A DNA stretch of 64,000 nt. Source: Candidatus Undinarchaeota archaeon. GTDB lineage: Archaea > SpSt-1190 > JASMDC01. Shown one piece after another: positions 1 to 9,834 of the stretch. The stretch lies in NCBI GenBank assembly GCA_964519305.1, contig CAZFHY010000007.1:83427-147426 (forward strand), written 5' to 3'. Each line of letters opens with the position of its first letter. Positions within the stretch are counted from its first letter, which is position 1. Under the pieces are notes generated by a model, which ran no database searches, was not told where the DNA came from, and was given only the letters and a program-made list of their open reading frames with translations. Made by a program: the position numbers and the translations under genes.

Positions 1-3000
1 CCTCGCCCGACTGAGCTGTGAATGCTGGTGTAGACAGGGATATTGACTGTCGTGATGCGAGTGAGATACCACTCTCCATGGCGAAAGCATCGTTGTAGAC
101 TCCATCATCATCGAGCACACGTAGCGTGATGTCACCGTCGAACACTATCGGCTCAGTGTTGATTATCGTGGCGTGCCCTTGGGCCCATCCCTCGATGAAT
201 AGACGGTTGATCTTCTGATCAATGTCATCGGTGAAGAACATGTCCCTCAACGTAAGTTCAGGTCGGACCACCTCCAAGGATGCATCCTGATACAGGGAAC
301 GGAGGTAGGCTACATTATCATTGCACCTGACCGTCATGTTATCAGCGTTGCACGCGGACACAACCATCCCTTGGGATTGGAAGCGAGCAGAGAGCACGAG
401 CGAACCACCGCTCAGTAGATCGGCACCCATTTCGATAGTCCCGCCGACCATTGAATCCGTGAGCTCGAAGGGCTCTGTCTCAAGCGAGTAGATACCAGGG
501 CCAGACACGGACATGTTCGTGATAGACGTCTTAACGGGGCCGTCCTCGTCAAGTGCAACGACAAGTCCCGTGAGTGGGAATTCGGTCGTCGCCAGCTCTA
601 CTACACCAACGACTGTCTCGCCAGGGTAGATCTGTGTGATCCGCTCACCCGTTGTTGTAGTGAAGTACACATCGAGCACGGTGATGTTCTCCATCGTGAA
701 CACTGCACAGAGCTCACCCTCTCCACGTCCAATGACCCCTGACGCTCCGCTGACCTCGCCCCTCGGGTATAAAGTGGTGTTCTCAAGGTCAGATGCGATG
801 AGGAAAGGTTGCGCTGTGATGGATACGGTGGCGTCAGGTAGTAGCATACCTAGGTCGTGGTTGGCAGTGAGGGATTGGAAGCGTTCATCGCATGGACAAG
901 CACATTGCTGGTCCGTTCCGCACTCATCACAATGGCAGTCTGACAGGATGCGAAGATCGATGGCCAAGGAACCGCTGACCGACAACAGCCCACGGTTGCG
1001 CACGGTGACGCCTGCTCGCACCGTCTCGTCCAGGTAAAGTGCTCTGACTGGTCGTCCGCTCCTGAGGATGGCGGGTCTGATGTCCAGGTCGGGCGCCAGT
1101 GCATGGCACATGCGCTCGCATGTTTCAGTACCGTCCTCCCGCCGACACCGAACACGACATCCCTGGACGGTCGGATCAACAGCGGCCTCGTGGACAGGAG
1201 CATCGCGACATCGTTCCACACACCGGACCTGAAGAGTTGCGTTCGTCGGGAACCGGTCCAAGCATGCCACTTCGCATGTGGGACCAAGGGCCAGACACTC
1301 CGCTGTGATAGCTTCTTCCTCGAAGCCATCGTAGCAGCACATACCGGTCGGTGAGGTCACCGTCTGACATCGGTCGAAGAAAGGTGACGGGATCTGTTCG
1401 GTCAGGGGAAGACACTCCTGGTCGGGATCGAGCGGGGGACGGGTCCAGTCCAGCGCCATGGTCGTGTTGAACAACCGGGAACAGCACCCGAGGGCCTGAA
1501 GCTGTTTGCTGTGGCCTACCGTTGTGCATGGAGCGTGGGTCGTCGTCCATCCGGTCCCGGCCTCGCATACGCATACACCGGCCTGCGCATGGCAATGGGA
1601 GGCGGTAGAACCGTGACATCTCATGCAGACCACGGAGCAGTCCTGATGCGGAGTGTTGTATGCCAGGCAAGCGCCATCACCCACGAATATCTCTTCTGTC
1701 ACCATACCCGCGATAGTGGCCACGACCATCGTTGCAGCGCTATTGTACCGGTCGAGGTTCGGGATGGAAAGGGTGTAGGACAGGTCCTCCACACTGCATG
1801 AGCCGCACCACGAGGGTCCGCCGCCCATTGGCATCCCGGGAGGACCACCGCCACCAGGTATGTCTATCGTAAACGTCTCGATGATGTCCTCCGGTTCCCC
1901 GACGAGCCACGTGAAGAATCCCATGGGGGGTCCGAAGACCGAAGGGAGATAGTCGTAGTATCCGGCATCCGGGTCAAGGAAAATGTTAGCGGGATCGACA
2001 GCGTTCTGTATATAGTCCACGCCCTGTTGCGCCGGTGTCTTATCTCCCTCACGGACGGTTTCGATCACCTTTGTCTTATTCTCATCACCCGGTTCGCAAC
2101 AGTACTGGCAGTCATGGGCCACTCCTGAACCACCACGACCGGTGCATTGCCGGTCGCTACATCCATCCCCCTCGCAATGCATCGCGTTCGCCGCCAGCCA
2201 TGCCTTGCATGATGGCTTGCAGGCACCGGCCAACCACTTGCACCCGGGCGAACGCTGCTCGCACGCTGCCTTGTTGGGATAGTTACACGCTTCTGCATCC
2301 TCATCGTCCTCTGTCACAGGCTCGCGGTCGAAGCATGGTCCGGACGCGTACTGCCGGCAGTGACTCTTCCAGCCGCTCCCGCCTGTAAGCCCGACACCCA
2401 CGGCCCTCGCAGGTCCCTCTCCCCGACCGATGTCCGTGAACACGCTCGGATCTGCAAGGGTGGCGATGACAGCACGCATTTCGGTCTGGAAGCTGGTAAT
2501 GTTGTAGTCGTCTGTGGTGAACGATGCGCCGATCGTGGACTCAAGGCGCTGAAGGTCCTCTTCGATGCGGTCAGGTGTCAATCCGCTCGCCGTAGCCTCG
2601 CGCACCCGTCCGGCCATGTCGTCCATCGTATCGGCGAGCTCGGGTAGGAGGGGGATCACGGTCCCAGAAAGGTAGCCGTTGAGTTCTTCCACCGTCTGTG
2701 CAAGATCGCATACGTTGGCATTCTTACCGAAAGTGCATACATCGTTGATAGCGTGGACCATTCGGGAGCACTCCAACACTTTCACGGGGGCAGGAAGGCT
2801 CTTATCATGGGAATCGCAATCATGTCCCTTGCGTTCGGGGATGTTCTCGCAGAGGACACATGAAGAGCTACTACCACTGCAACGGGCCCTCGCTGCAATT
2901 CCACAGACCTTTGGTTCCACGATACTGGTCGGTGCCAGTTCGAGACCGCTCCCGCAGTGGGGATAATCTGCCGAGATGAACTCGTTCCTTACCTGGATGC

Positions 3001-3367
3001 ATAAGGTACACTGGATCCGTAACGCTTGGGTAAGCAGCTCCAGATCCTCGCTCATAGCACCGTAGAACGCGTCAGCTCGCTCGTAGAACGCTTTGCCCTC
3101 TTCGAGATAGTGCACGATGTTGGTGTATGGGCGCGCCGAACAGTCCATTAGCGCAGCATTCAAGGGAACTGCAGTGTCATTGATGATCACTCCCCCTCTA
3201 ACAGGGAAAGGCATCTGACAGGCACTACCGCTAGTGTAGTCTATCGCCATCGGCGTGGGTGATGGAGTCGGGGTGGCATCTTCACTACAAGTCGGCGATA
3301 TGATAATGAACGCAATTATGACTAGGATCAGGGGATTCTGCCATTTCACATAGGATCTCAGGCCCAC
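1..3367 (-). CDS. Large secreted Cys-rich protein with Ig-like segments (partial, runs off the window start, >1120 aa)
   Basis: Manual translation of the minus frame from GTG 3367 (GGTGA RBS upstream) is open to position 1. N-terminus MGLRSYVKWQNPLILVIIAFIIISPTCSEDATPTPSPTP is a signal peptide plus PT linker, followed by Cys clusters and beta-rich segments. Missing from the ORF track because there is no stop in the window. Confidence 0.85.
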   Translation of the reverse strand, partial: MGLRSYVKWQNPLILVIIAFIIISPTCSEDATPTPSPTPMAIDYTSGSACQMPFPVRGGVIINDTAVPLNAALMDCSARPYTNIVHYLEEGKAFYERADAFYGAMSEDLELLTQALRIQCTLCIQVRNEFISADYPHCGSGLELAPTSIVEPKVCGIAARARCSGSSSSCVLCENIPERKGHDCDSHDKSLPAPVKVLECSRMVHAINDVCTFGKNANVCDLAQTVEELNGYLSGTVIPLLPELADTMDDMAGRVREATASGLTPDRIEEDLQRLESTIGASFTTDDYNITSFQTEMRAVIATLADPSVFTDIGRGEGPARAVGVGLTGGSGWKSHCRQYASGPCFDREPVTEDDEDAEACNYPNKAACEQRSPGCKWLAGACKPSCKAWLAANAMHCEGDGCSDRQCTGRGGSGVAHDCQYCCEPGDENKTKVIETVREGDKTPAQQGVDYIQNAVDPANIFLDPDAGYYDYLPSVFGPPMGFFTWLVGEPEDIIETFTIDIPGGGGPPGMPMGGGPSWCGSCSVEDLSYTLSIPNLDRYNSAATMVVATIAGMVTEEIFVGDGACLAYNTPHQDCSVVCMRCHGSTASHCHAQAGVCVCEAGTGWTTTHAPCTTVGHSKQLQALGCCSRLFNTTMALDWTRPPLDPDQECLPLTEQIPSPFFDRCQTVTSPTGMCCYDGFEEEAITAECLALGPTCEVACLDRFPTNATLQVRCVERCRDAPVHEAAVDPTVQGCRVRCRREDGTETCERMCHALAPDLDIRPAILRSGRPVRALYLDETVRAGVTVRNRGLLSVSGSLAIDLRILSDCHCDECGTDQQCACPCDERFQSLTANHDLGMLLPDATVSITAQPFLIASDLENTTLYPRGEVSGASGVIGRGEGELCAVFTMENITVLDVYFTTTTGERITQIYPGETVVGVVELATTEFPLTGLVVALDEDGPVKTSITNMSVSGPGIYSLETEPFELTDSMVGGTIEMGADLLSGGSLVLSARFQSQGMVVSACNADNMTVRCNDNVAYLRSLYQDASLEVVRPELTLRDMFFTDDIDQKINRLFIEGWAQGHATIINTEPIVFDGDITLRVLDDDGVYNDAFAMESGISLASRQSISLSTPAFTAQSGE

Positions 3368-3507
3368 GTCATCTTCACCGTTCTTGTCCGTTTAGGATAG
3401 TCCCCTCTACCCGGTAGTTGTTTCTGCCCTGTGTCATTAATAAGACTAAGCCTTGAGGACTGATGTGGGCCTCTGAAGGGCCGTCTGCTCGTGGAGAAGC
3501 GACGCAC

Positions 3508-3774
3508 TTATTCTGGCTCTTCCCGCTTCTTCTTCTCCTTGACCTTGAGGCCAGCAGTGAGTAGCTTGGAAAGGGTCTGCATCTTCTGGGTCACATCGCC
3601 AGACTCGACCATGAGCTTGTTCGTGAGGTCTATACCGAACTCAAGGTCCTTGGCCTCACCGCTCTTTAGCTCCTTGGTTGCCAGGGCGATCTGGATGTCG
3701 TGGATCTCGAACCTGATGTTATCGATATCTCCGAGTATCTCGTTGCATAGGCTCGAAGCTTCCTTGAGTTTCAT
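3508..3774 (-). CDS. Small helical/coiled-coil hypothetical protein
   Basis: MKLKEASSLCNEILGDIDNIRFEIHDIQ; TATA-rich divergent promoter at about 3791-3803. Confidence 0.7.
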   Translation of the reverse strand: MKLKEASSLCNEILGDIDNIRFEIHDIQIALATKELKSGEAKDLEFGIDLTNKLMVESGDVTQKMQTLSKLLTAGLKVKEKKKREEPE

Positions 3775-3848
3775 GGCCACGCCCTGCCGGATAATATATA
3801 TAAACCCTTTGACATCCGCATTACGAGGCCGCAGTGGACGAGGACGTA

Positions 3849-4604
3849 ATGTCAGGGCTCCGCCTTCTCGACCGTGCGCTCATACTAACGAATGAGGAGC
3901 GGATCCTCCTTGTCTCGGACCTTCATCTTGGTTTGGACCTTGAGCTACGGAAGAAGGGTGTCACGATCCCTTATCAGACAGACCGTATCAAGAAGAACCT
4001 TCTCTCTATCACACGGTCTGAAACCCCTGATCGGGTCGTGATATTGGGCGATGTACGGCACGCGATACCCGTCGCGACGCGTGGTGAGGTCGTTCATATC
4101 CCTCGTTTCCTTGAAGATATCAGGAAGGAAGTTTCCCTTACTATCGTTCCGGGGAACCACGATGCTGGTATACGCGACCTTGTACCCCCGGATGTAGAAG
4201 TCGTATCGTCACGGGGTATACGACATGGTGAGGTAGGGCTGTTCCACGGTCATACGTGGCCGGGGGCCGAAGCCTTGTCAGCAGAGACGCTGATCTGCGG
4301 GCATGTCCATCCGTGTGTCACCCTCACTGATGAGGGGGGTCATCCATACCGTCTGACGTGCTGGGTCAAGGCCGACCTCGACCGTGAGACTCTTGTCGAG
4401 CGTTACCCTGACGTGGACGTACGGGCGCGACGTCTAATAATTATGCCAGCGTTCAATCCGCTTATCACGGGACAGAGCCTCAACACTGGAAAGCGACCTC
4501 TGGGCCCGATCCTCAGGAACAACATTGCCATCCCTGAGAGCTTATCGTACACTTTATTGGACGGTACACACCTTGGAAGGATAGATGAGGTACCTACAAA
4601 GTGA
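3849..4604 (+). CDS. Metallophosphoesterase (calcineurin-like, archaeal ICC/PdeM-like)
   Basis: Motifs SDLH, GDVRH, GNHD, HGH, GHVHP, MPAF. Confidence 0.9.
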   Translation: MSGLRLLDRALILTNEERILLVSDLHLGLDLELRKKGVTIPYQTDRIKKNLLSITRSETPDRVVILGDVRHAIPVATRGEVVHIPRFLEDIRKEVSLTIVPGNHDAGIRDLVPPDVEVVSSRGIRHGEVGLFHGHTWPGAEALSAETLICGHVHPCVTLTDEGGHPYRLTCWVKADLDRETLVERYPDVDVRARRLIIMPAFNPLITGQSLNTGKRPLGPILRNNIAIPESLSYTLLDGTHLGRIDEVPTK

Positions 4605-4635
4605 CCAGGATAGGTGTCACTGGGGAGAAAAAGGT

Positions 4636-4657
4636 GGGTGTGGCGTGAACCACACCC
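4636..4657. terminator. GC hairpin, putative terminator
   Basis: GGGTGTGG-CGTGAA-CCACACCC about 30 nt after the stop at 4604. Confidence 0.45.
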
Positions 4658-4841
4658 GTTTCCACCCCCAAGGTAAGAAACTGGAAAGGTAAAATTGGTT
4701 TCATGGTTTATAAAGAAATGCCCGGCATCGAACGAAGGAACGTGCTCCATTGGGCGAAATAGAGAAGAATCTTCCGTTATTTGATCGAGTTCTCCGAAAC
4801 GACTGCTCATGATTTAAAAACGTTAGTCCACGGACGAAAAC

Positions 4842-5468
4842 GTGACGGTGGACCATAGCTCAAAGCTCACATGGAAACGGTATTACAGCGAATGGGCGGT
4901 CGATTACGACGGGGATGTGATCACTTATGGTTACAGACCGATGGGTGTTCTCAAGAAGGCTTCCGAATCTGTGACCATCGGCCCCAGGATACTTGACATA
5001 GGTGCAGGGACCTCCTTATGGTTCGTGTCAAGAAGTGAGATAGTCAAGGGAGAGAAGAGCACTGCTGTTGCGCTTGATATCTCACGAGAGATGTTAGAAC
5101 GATCACGGTGGAGAGGTGCTGAGCCTGTACAGGGAGACGCGGAATCATTACCCTTCGCTCAAGGGAGCTTTGATACGGTACTGGCCCTTGAGCTAATCGA
5201 GGCCCTTCCTCGACCGGCGGCCTTTTTTGATGAGGTGAGGCGAGTCCTTCGTCCCGGTGGTTCTCTCGTCCTTACCCTTGAGCTTCCTGGAGCGGATAAC
5301 GTCGGGCTCCCGGGTAAGGAGATCATTGGAGGGGACATCATCAGACACTCTGTCGACGACATCATCGCGATGATCGAGGGCGCCGGTCTCGAGCCCGTCG
5401 TCAATTTCCGGACCCGAGGATTCCACGTCTACGAGATCGTTGTCTTCTGTGCCACTGCGCCCGTCTAG
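4842..5468 (+). CDS. Class I SAM-dependent methyltransferase
   Basis: ILDIGAGT, ALDISREML, GDAESLPF, SFDTV, RVLRPGG. Confidence 0.9.
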   Translation: MTVDHSSKLTWKRYYSEWAVDYDGDVITYGYRPMGVLKKASESVTIGPRILDIGAGTSLWFVSRSEIVKGEKSTAVALDISREMLERSRWRGAEPVQGDAESLPFAQGSFDTVLALELIEALPRPAAFFDEVRRVLRPGGSLVLTLELPGADNVGLPGKEIIGGDIIRHSVDDIIAMIEGAGLEPVVNFRTRGFHVYEIVVFCATAPV

Positions 5469-6551
5469 GTACTTCTTCTTGAGCGCTAACCAATGGACCA
5501 TCCGTTCCTGCCACTCGTCAAGGATCGAAGGCTCCATGAGAAGGATCAGGAAATAACCATAGAAGAGCGAGAACACATGGAGGAGGTGCGCTTCGGGACG
5601 ACGCATGTTGTCCACGGTCTGTCGATATGCTTGTGTTTCGTTCCGTACCTGTGCGAGCTGCCTGTTCGCGTCCTTCACGCGAACGGATAGCTCGTGTTGT
5701 CGTTGATTGAGCTCTGTAAGCGATTCATTGACAAGGAATCGCTCGACACGGATGCCCTCTAACGTCCTGTTGACGTCCATTGTCCGCTCAATGAATTCGT
5801 CATGGGTGATAGTGCCGTTCGCTAGCGAAAGTTCCAGGAAGGTCCTGTTCTTCGTAGCCTCGTCCTCTAGCGTACCGAGACGGATGTCTGTTGTCGTCTT
5901 GATCTCGACCTCGTCCTCTACGGAACTGAGCTCGCTCTGGGTGCTCTCCACCGTAGCGGTCGCTATCCATTCGGCAGTAATGCCATCGGAAAGACGGTCG
6001 TATACACGCTCGGTGATATCGGAACGGAGGACGGGAAGAACGATGAATCCCATGACAAATAGCGCGATCAGAGACTCCCGGGGTCGGGAAACGACCCCTG
6101 CTCCGATACAGCACCAGATAAGACCTGAGGCTCCGACGAGGATCGTCTTGGGTGAGAGCGCTGCAAAGAATATACTGGACCCGATGATAGAAAGGAGGAA
6201 GAACATCGCTGCACGTCGCGGGCGGAGACGGAGCTCGAGTATGGTGCCGAACACAGCAAGGAGCCCGATGTTCATGATAAGATGGCCGGGATAGAGGTGG
6301 ATAAGAGAATATGACAGGTAAGTAAGTGGTCGTGAGATGTGAAGCCCGTAACGGGAAACGGTCTTGAGGGTCGGTGAAACGAGCAGACTACCTCCCGTGA
6401 ACCACAGATAAAGGAATACTATTGTGGCCAAGAATGAAAGGGTGACGACTGGCCAGATAGCGTCTTGAATTGTGGCCTTCTTACGATCGCCGTCGATTAC
6501 CGGTCCCTCCGCTTTTCGTGATTCCGAAGGAATCTTAAGTATTTGCACCAA
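5193..6551 (-). CDS. Rhomboid family intramembrane serine protease with a coiled-coil insertion (both ends uncertain)
   Basis: HLYPGHLIMN, catalytic GASG, AHLLH in the last TM helix; a long heptad segment precedes the His helix. Confidence 0.8.
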   Translation of the reverse strand: MVQILKIPSESRKAEGPVIDGDRKKATIQDAIWPVVTLSFLATIVFLYLWFTGGSLLVSPTLKTVSRYGLHISRPLTYLSYSLIHLYPGHLIMNIGLLAVFGTILELRLRPRRAAMFFLLSIIGSSIFFAALSPKTILVGASGLIWCCIGAGVVSRPRESLIALFVMGFIVLPVLRSDITERVYDRLSDGITAEWIATATVESTQSELSSVEDEVEIKTTTDIRLGTLEDEATKNRTFLELSLANGTITHDEFIERTMDVNRTLEGIRVERFLVNESLTELNQRQHELSVRVKDANRQLAQVRNETQAYRQTVDNMRRPEAHLLHVFSLFYGYFLILLMEPSILDEWQERMVHWLALKKKYLDGRSGTEDNDLVDVESSGPEIDDGLETGALDHRDDVVDRVSDDVPSNDLLTREPDVIRSRKLKGKDERTTGTKDSPHLIKKGRRSRKGLD

Positions 6552-7663
6552 TGGCTGAAGCGATGGACCCTGCGTTCAATGTTACAGCTGTCACGAACAC
6601 TATTACGCTCATCCAGGCTCAGTCGAATATCATACGATACCTTCTCGGAGCCGCTGTGGTGTTCCTTTCTTACATAATCTCACGGTTCGCAGGAAAGGCC
6701 CTACATAAGATTGGTACTAGGCTCGCCGAGCATACGAGCACGCGAGTTGACGATGAGCTCCTTCGTGTGAGCATCAAGCCCGTAAAGGTGTCGATAGTCA
6801 TCATCGGTTTACTTGGAGCCCTCTTCATTTCCGGGTGGGATGCCGAATCCCTCCGACTGATGACCAATCCCCTCGTCGCGATAGCTCTGATGGTGCTCGC
6901 GCGTATAGTCGTCCATACCAGCTGCGTATTCATCGAGGAGTACGGTGCTCACCTCGCCGATATGGCGGATACCACCATTGACAAGCGGTTCATACCGACG
7001 ATCCAGGCCATGCTTTCCATTGTCATATACTCTGTTGCCGGTCTTATGGCTTTCTCATCGCTCGGTGTGGACGTCACTCCCCTCGTCACGCTCGGTGGAG
7101 TCGCCGGTATCGCTGTTGCTGTCGCTTCTCAGGATACCCTTGGTAATGTTGTGGCAGGGATCATCGTCATGTACGACAAGCCTTTCGCTTCCGGGGACCT
7201 AGTTCTGCTCGGAGGTCCCGAGGGTGACGGTGGTACGGTGCTGACGGTGGGTCTCTTCAGCACTAAGGTCAGAACGTGGGATAACAACGTGATCACGTTA
7301 CCCAATTCCGACCTGTACAAGAAAGGTGCCGTCAACTACTCGTACGGTGACGAGCGCGTCCGTGTTCGCATCCCCGTGGGTGTCGCTTATGGCACCGATA
7401 TCGAAAAGGCCCGCGGTATACTGCTCGAAATTGCTAAGGAGGATGAGAGCGTGCTCGATGAACCCGAGCCCAGAGCTCTATTCCTATCATTCGGTGACTT
7501 CGCATATAACTTCGAGCTCAGGGTGTACATCAAGGACCTTATGGACATATTCAACGTGAAGGACCGCATCAATACGAACATCAAGAAGCGGTTCGACGAT
7601 GAGAAGATCGAGATACCGTTCCCGGTCAGGACCTTGCTCATGCCGAAGAATCCTATTGAGTGA
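6551..7663 (+). CDS. mscS: Small-conductance mechanosensitive channel
   Basis: GIAVAVASQDTLGNVVAG, KPFASGD, VGLFSTKVRTWD, VGVAYGTD, IEIPFP; start may be ATG 6563. Confidence 0.93.
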   Translation: MAEAMDPAFNVTAVTNTITLIQAQSNIIRYLLGAAVVFLSYIISRFAGKALHKIGTRLAEHTSTRVDDELLRVSIKPVKVSIVIIGLLGALFISGWDAESLRLMTNPLVAIALMVLARIVVHTSCVFIEEYGAHLADMADTTIDKRFIPTIQAMLSIVIYSVAGLMAFSSLGVDVTPLVTLGGVAGIAVAVASQDTLGNVVAGIIVMYDKPFASGDLVLLGGPEGDGGTVLTVGLFSTKVRTWDNNVITLPNSDLYKKGAVNYSYGDERVRVRIPVGVAYGTDIEKARGILLEIAKEDESVLDEPEPRALFLSFGDFAYNFELRVYIKDLMDIFNVKDRINTNIKKRFDDEKIEIPFPVRTLLMPKNPIE

Positions 7664-7760
7664 TCGTTCAACAGGACTTCAGGAGGACTTCCCGGTCCTA
7701 GTCCGTATCAGGGACCACAACAGGAAACTTTATATACCGGTTTTCCTGCCGAGTGACAAC

Positions 7761-8270
7761 ATGTTCAGGAGCAAGAGGGGAGAAATCACTATCCTGTTCG
7801 CTACGTTGGCCTTCGCTATGATTTACATGGCTACCACACTGGAGTACGGCAATGCGAATCCTGGTTCTGGTTCCAATGTCGTGGACCTGGCACCTGTCAA
7901 GTTCATCGGTGTGACGTATGCTGATCCGGAGGCCGGCTATTTCAGTGGAGGGTCCGGGGAGAAGGTCGTACTCATCTCTCTGCGCAACAGCGGAGGAACC
8001 CATGAAGAACTATCTCTCGTGTTCATTCATTCCCCTCGTACTGAGGTCCTGAGCAACGACCTCGAGAAGGAATCAGAGGATATCAATGGCACCGTGTACG
8101 AGCGGTTCCCCCTTCCTGTGCTGTACGGGTCGGAGAAGGAGGTAGCCTTCACGCCGTTTTCGCTCAACAGAACGAACAACGTGTCCGTGATCATACAGAA
8201 AGAGGAATTAACGGTCAGGCTCGTTGACGTTGAGGATACCGTATACGATGAACGCGCTCTAGAAATCTGA
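7761..8270 (+). CDS. Pilin-like protein with class III signal peptide
   Basis: TTTATATA at about 7729; MFRSKRG/EITILFATLAFAMIYMAT is basic-Gly followed by a hydrophobic helix. Confidence 0.6.
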   Translation: MFRSKRGEITILFATLAFAMIYMATTLEYGNANPGSGSNVVDLAPVKFIGVTYADPEAGYFSGGSGEKVVLISLRNSGGTHEELSLVFIHSPRTEVLSNDLEKESEDINGTVYERFPLPVLYGSEKEVAFTPFSLNRTNNVSVIIQKEELTVRLVDVEDTVYDERALEI

Positions 8271-8346
8271 ACAACGGATAACTGGCCGGAATAGTTCAGA
8301 TATATATGCCTTTGTCGACCTAGGTAGAACGTCGAGGTATATATCG

Positions 8347-9045
8347 TTGGTACAGGACGAGGGCTCGGAATCCGAAAAGAAGAGGATACTCATCGTTTCA
8401 GGTGACATGGGTGAGGTGCTCCAGCTCAAGGAGCTCCTGACTCTTTATTCCCAAGACATGGAACTCGAGACCGCTGAGGATGGTATCTCGGCCTTTCGCA
8501 AGCTTCTAGGCGCCCGTTTCGACCTATTACTCCTCGACTTCTTCCTGCCCGATGCTGATGGTGAGGCAGTGCTCGACAAGGTCAAGGAGCTCCGGCCAGG
8601 TCTGCCGGTCATCATCATGGCCGGAAAGGGTGCGGAACAGTTCGCAGCCCATATGCTACGGCTCGGCGCCTCCGATTATGTGCTCAAGGGTACGAACTTC
8701 CACAGCGATATGCTCCATGTACTCAAGCGGAACCTGGATCGGGTGGAGCAAGAGCAGCGTGTTATCCTCCTTGAGGGGATGCTGTCACAGATGCCGGTGG
8801 GCGCATTGGCCGTTGACGAGAAGGGAATAATCGTTCTGGCCAATACGAAAGCCAAGCAGATTCTTGGTAACGCGACCCTTGAGGGAAACCCTGCCAAGAA
8901 GGTATTGACCGACGGTGATGATATCGCAGCGGCATGTACCAAAGCTCTGAAAGGAGAGGTCGTGCAGCTTGACAGAGGCACGGTCCAACCTATCGAACTC
9001 TATGGGTGCCCGTACTGGGCAGTCCTGTTCCTCAAAGAAGACTGA
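8347..9045 (+). CDS. Receiver (REC) domain plus PAS domain protein
   Basis: ILIVSGD, LLLLDFFLP, LPVIIM, GASDYVLK, then PAS start MPVGALAVDEKGIIVLAN. Confidence 0.85.
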   Translation: MVQDEGSESEKKRILIVSGDMGEVLQLKELLTLYSQDMELETAEDGISAFRKLLGARFDLLLLDFFLPDADGEAVLDKVKELRPGLPVIIMAGKGAEQFAAHMLRLGASDYVLKGTNFHSDMLHVLKRNLDRVEQEQRVILLEGMLSQMPVGALAVDEKGIIVLANTKAKQILGNATLEGNPAKKVLTDGDDIAAACTKALKGEVVQLDRGTVQPIELYGCPYWAVLFLKED

Positions 9046-9063
9046 TCTTGGGAACCCGCCCTG

Positions 9064-9759
9064 TTAGTTCTGCTTGAGCAGCCAGCGCATTATGTTCACC
9101 ATGAGGAACTTGTTGTCCGCCTTGAGCAGGTGCTCGTTCGTGATCATGGAACCATCACCGAGAGCGATAATGCGTCCCTGGCCGGACTCGGACCCAACGA
9201 TGATCGGAGGATAACCCTCCTCTCCCTCATCCCGCTCCATATCCATGTCTGCGTCAGCGAAGTGGTGATCACCGTATGCAAGGATGAAGGCGTTGTCGCC
9301 GTCCGCTCTGAGCGAGCATCCTGCAAGATAGAGGACCTCTGAGACCCCGCTCATGACCGGGTGGTCATTGTCAACTACGATCGGTGTGTAGGCTGTAGGA
9401 TCCTCGGACTCTTCGGTTACATGGTCCGGATTGAATCCGATCCCAAAGGCAGCAGCTAAGGGAGTGATATTATCCTTGTGGTTGAGGATGTTCCCGAGCT
9501 CTGCGACCAAGAGGAGCCCGCCACCGTTGTCCACGAACTGCTTGAGCGAAGCGACCTCTGCCTCTGTGAATGGTTTCTGTGGTACATTGACAACGAAAAC
9601 TCCTGCGTTGGAGATGGCACCGAGACTGGGTGCCGTGCTTACCTCGAAACCATATTGTTTCAAGATGTCCACGAGGAGGGAGAGTCCCTCTTCTTCTGTG
9701 TTCGCGATATGGAAATAGTCTCCATGCGACTCATCAAAAAGGATTGCCTTTCCACCCAT
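9064..9759 (-). CDS. DUF4350/GldG-IFT52 (GIFT)-like class I glutamine-amidotransferase-fold protein
   Basis: ILFDESHG, FVDNGGGLLLV, FGIGFN, GQGRIIALGD, DNKFLMVNIMRWL. Confidence 0.75.
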   Translation of the reverse strand: MGGKAILFDESHGDYFHIANTEEEGLSLLVDILKQYGFEVSTAPSLGAISNAGVFVVNVPQKPFTEAEVASLKQFVDNGGGLLLVAELGNILNHKDNITPLAAAFGIGFNPDHVTEESEDPTAYTPIVVDNDHPVMSGVSEVLYLAGCSLRADGDNAFILAYGDHHFADADMDMERDEGEEGYPPIIVGSESGQGRIIALGDGSMITNEHLLKADNKFLMVNIMRWLLKQN

Positions 9760-9834
9760 GTTGGTCCTTTTCTCAGGCAATGCTTAAATCTTGAACCACG
9801 CGTGCATCCAAACTCATTATCGAGAGGCCCAACA

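Noticed and set aside
601-2966. Many short ORFs on both strands
   Set aside because: They are shadows of the long minus-strand ORF <1..3367.
4403-4810. 135-aa minus-strand ORF
   Set aside because: It overlaps the phosphoesterase antisense and crosses a terminator/promoter region; no motifs.
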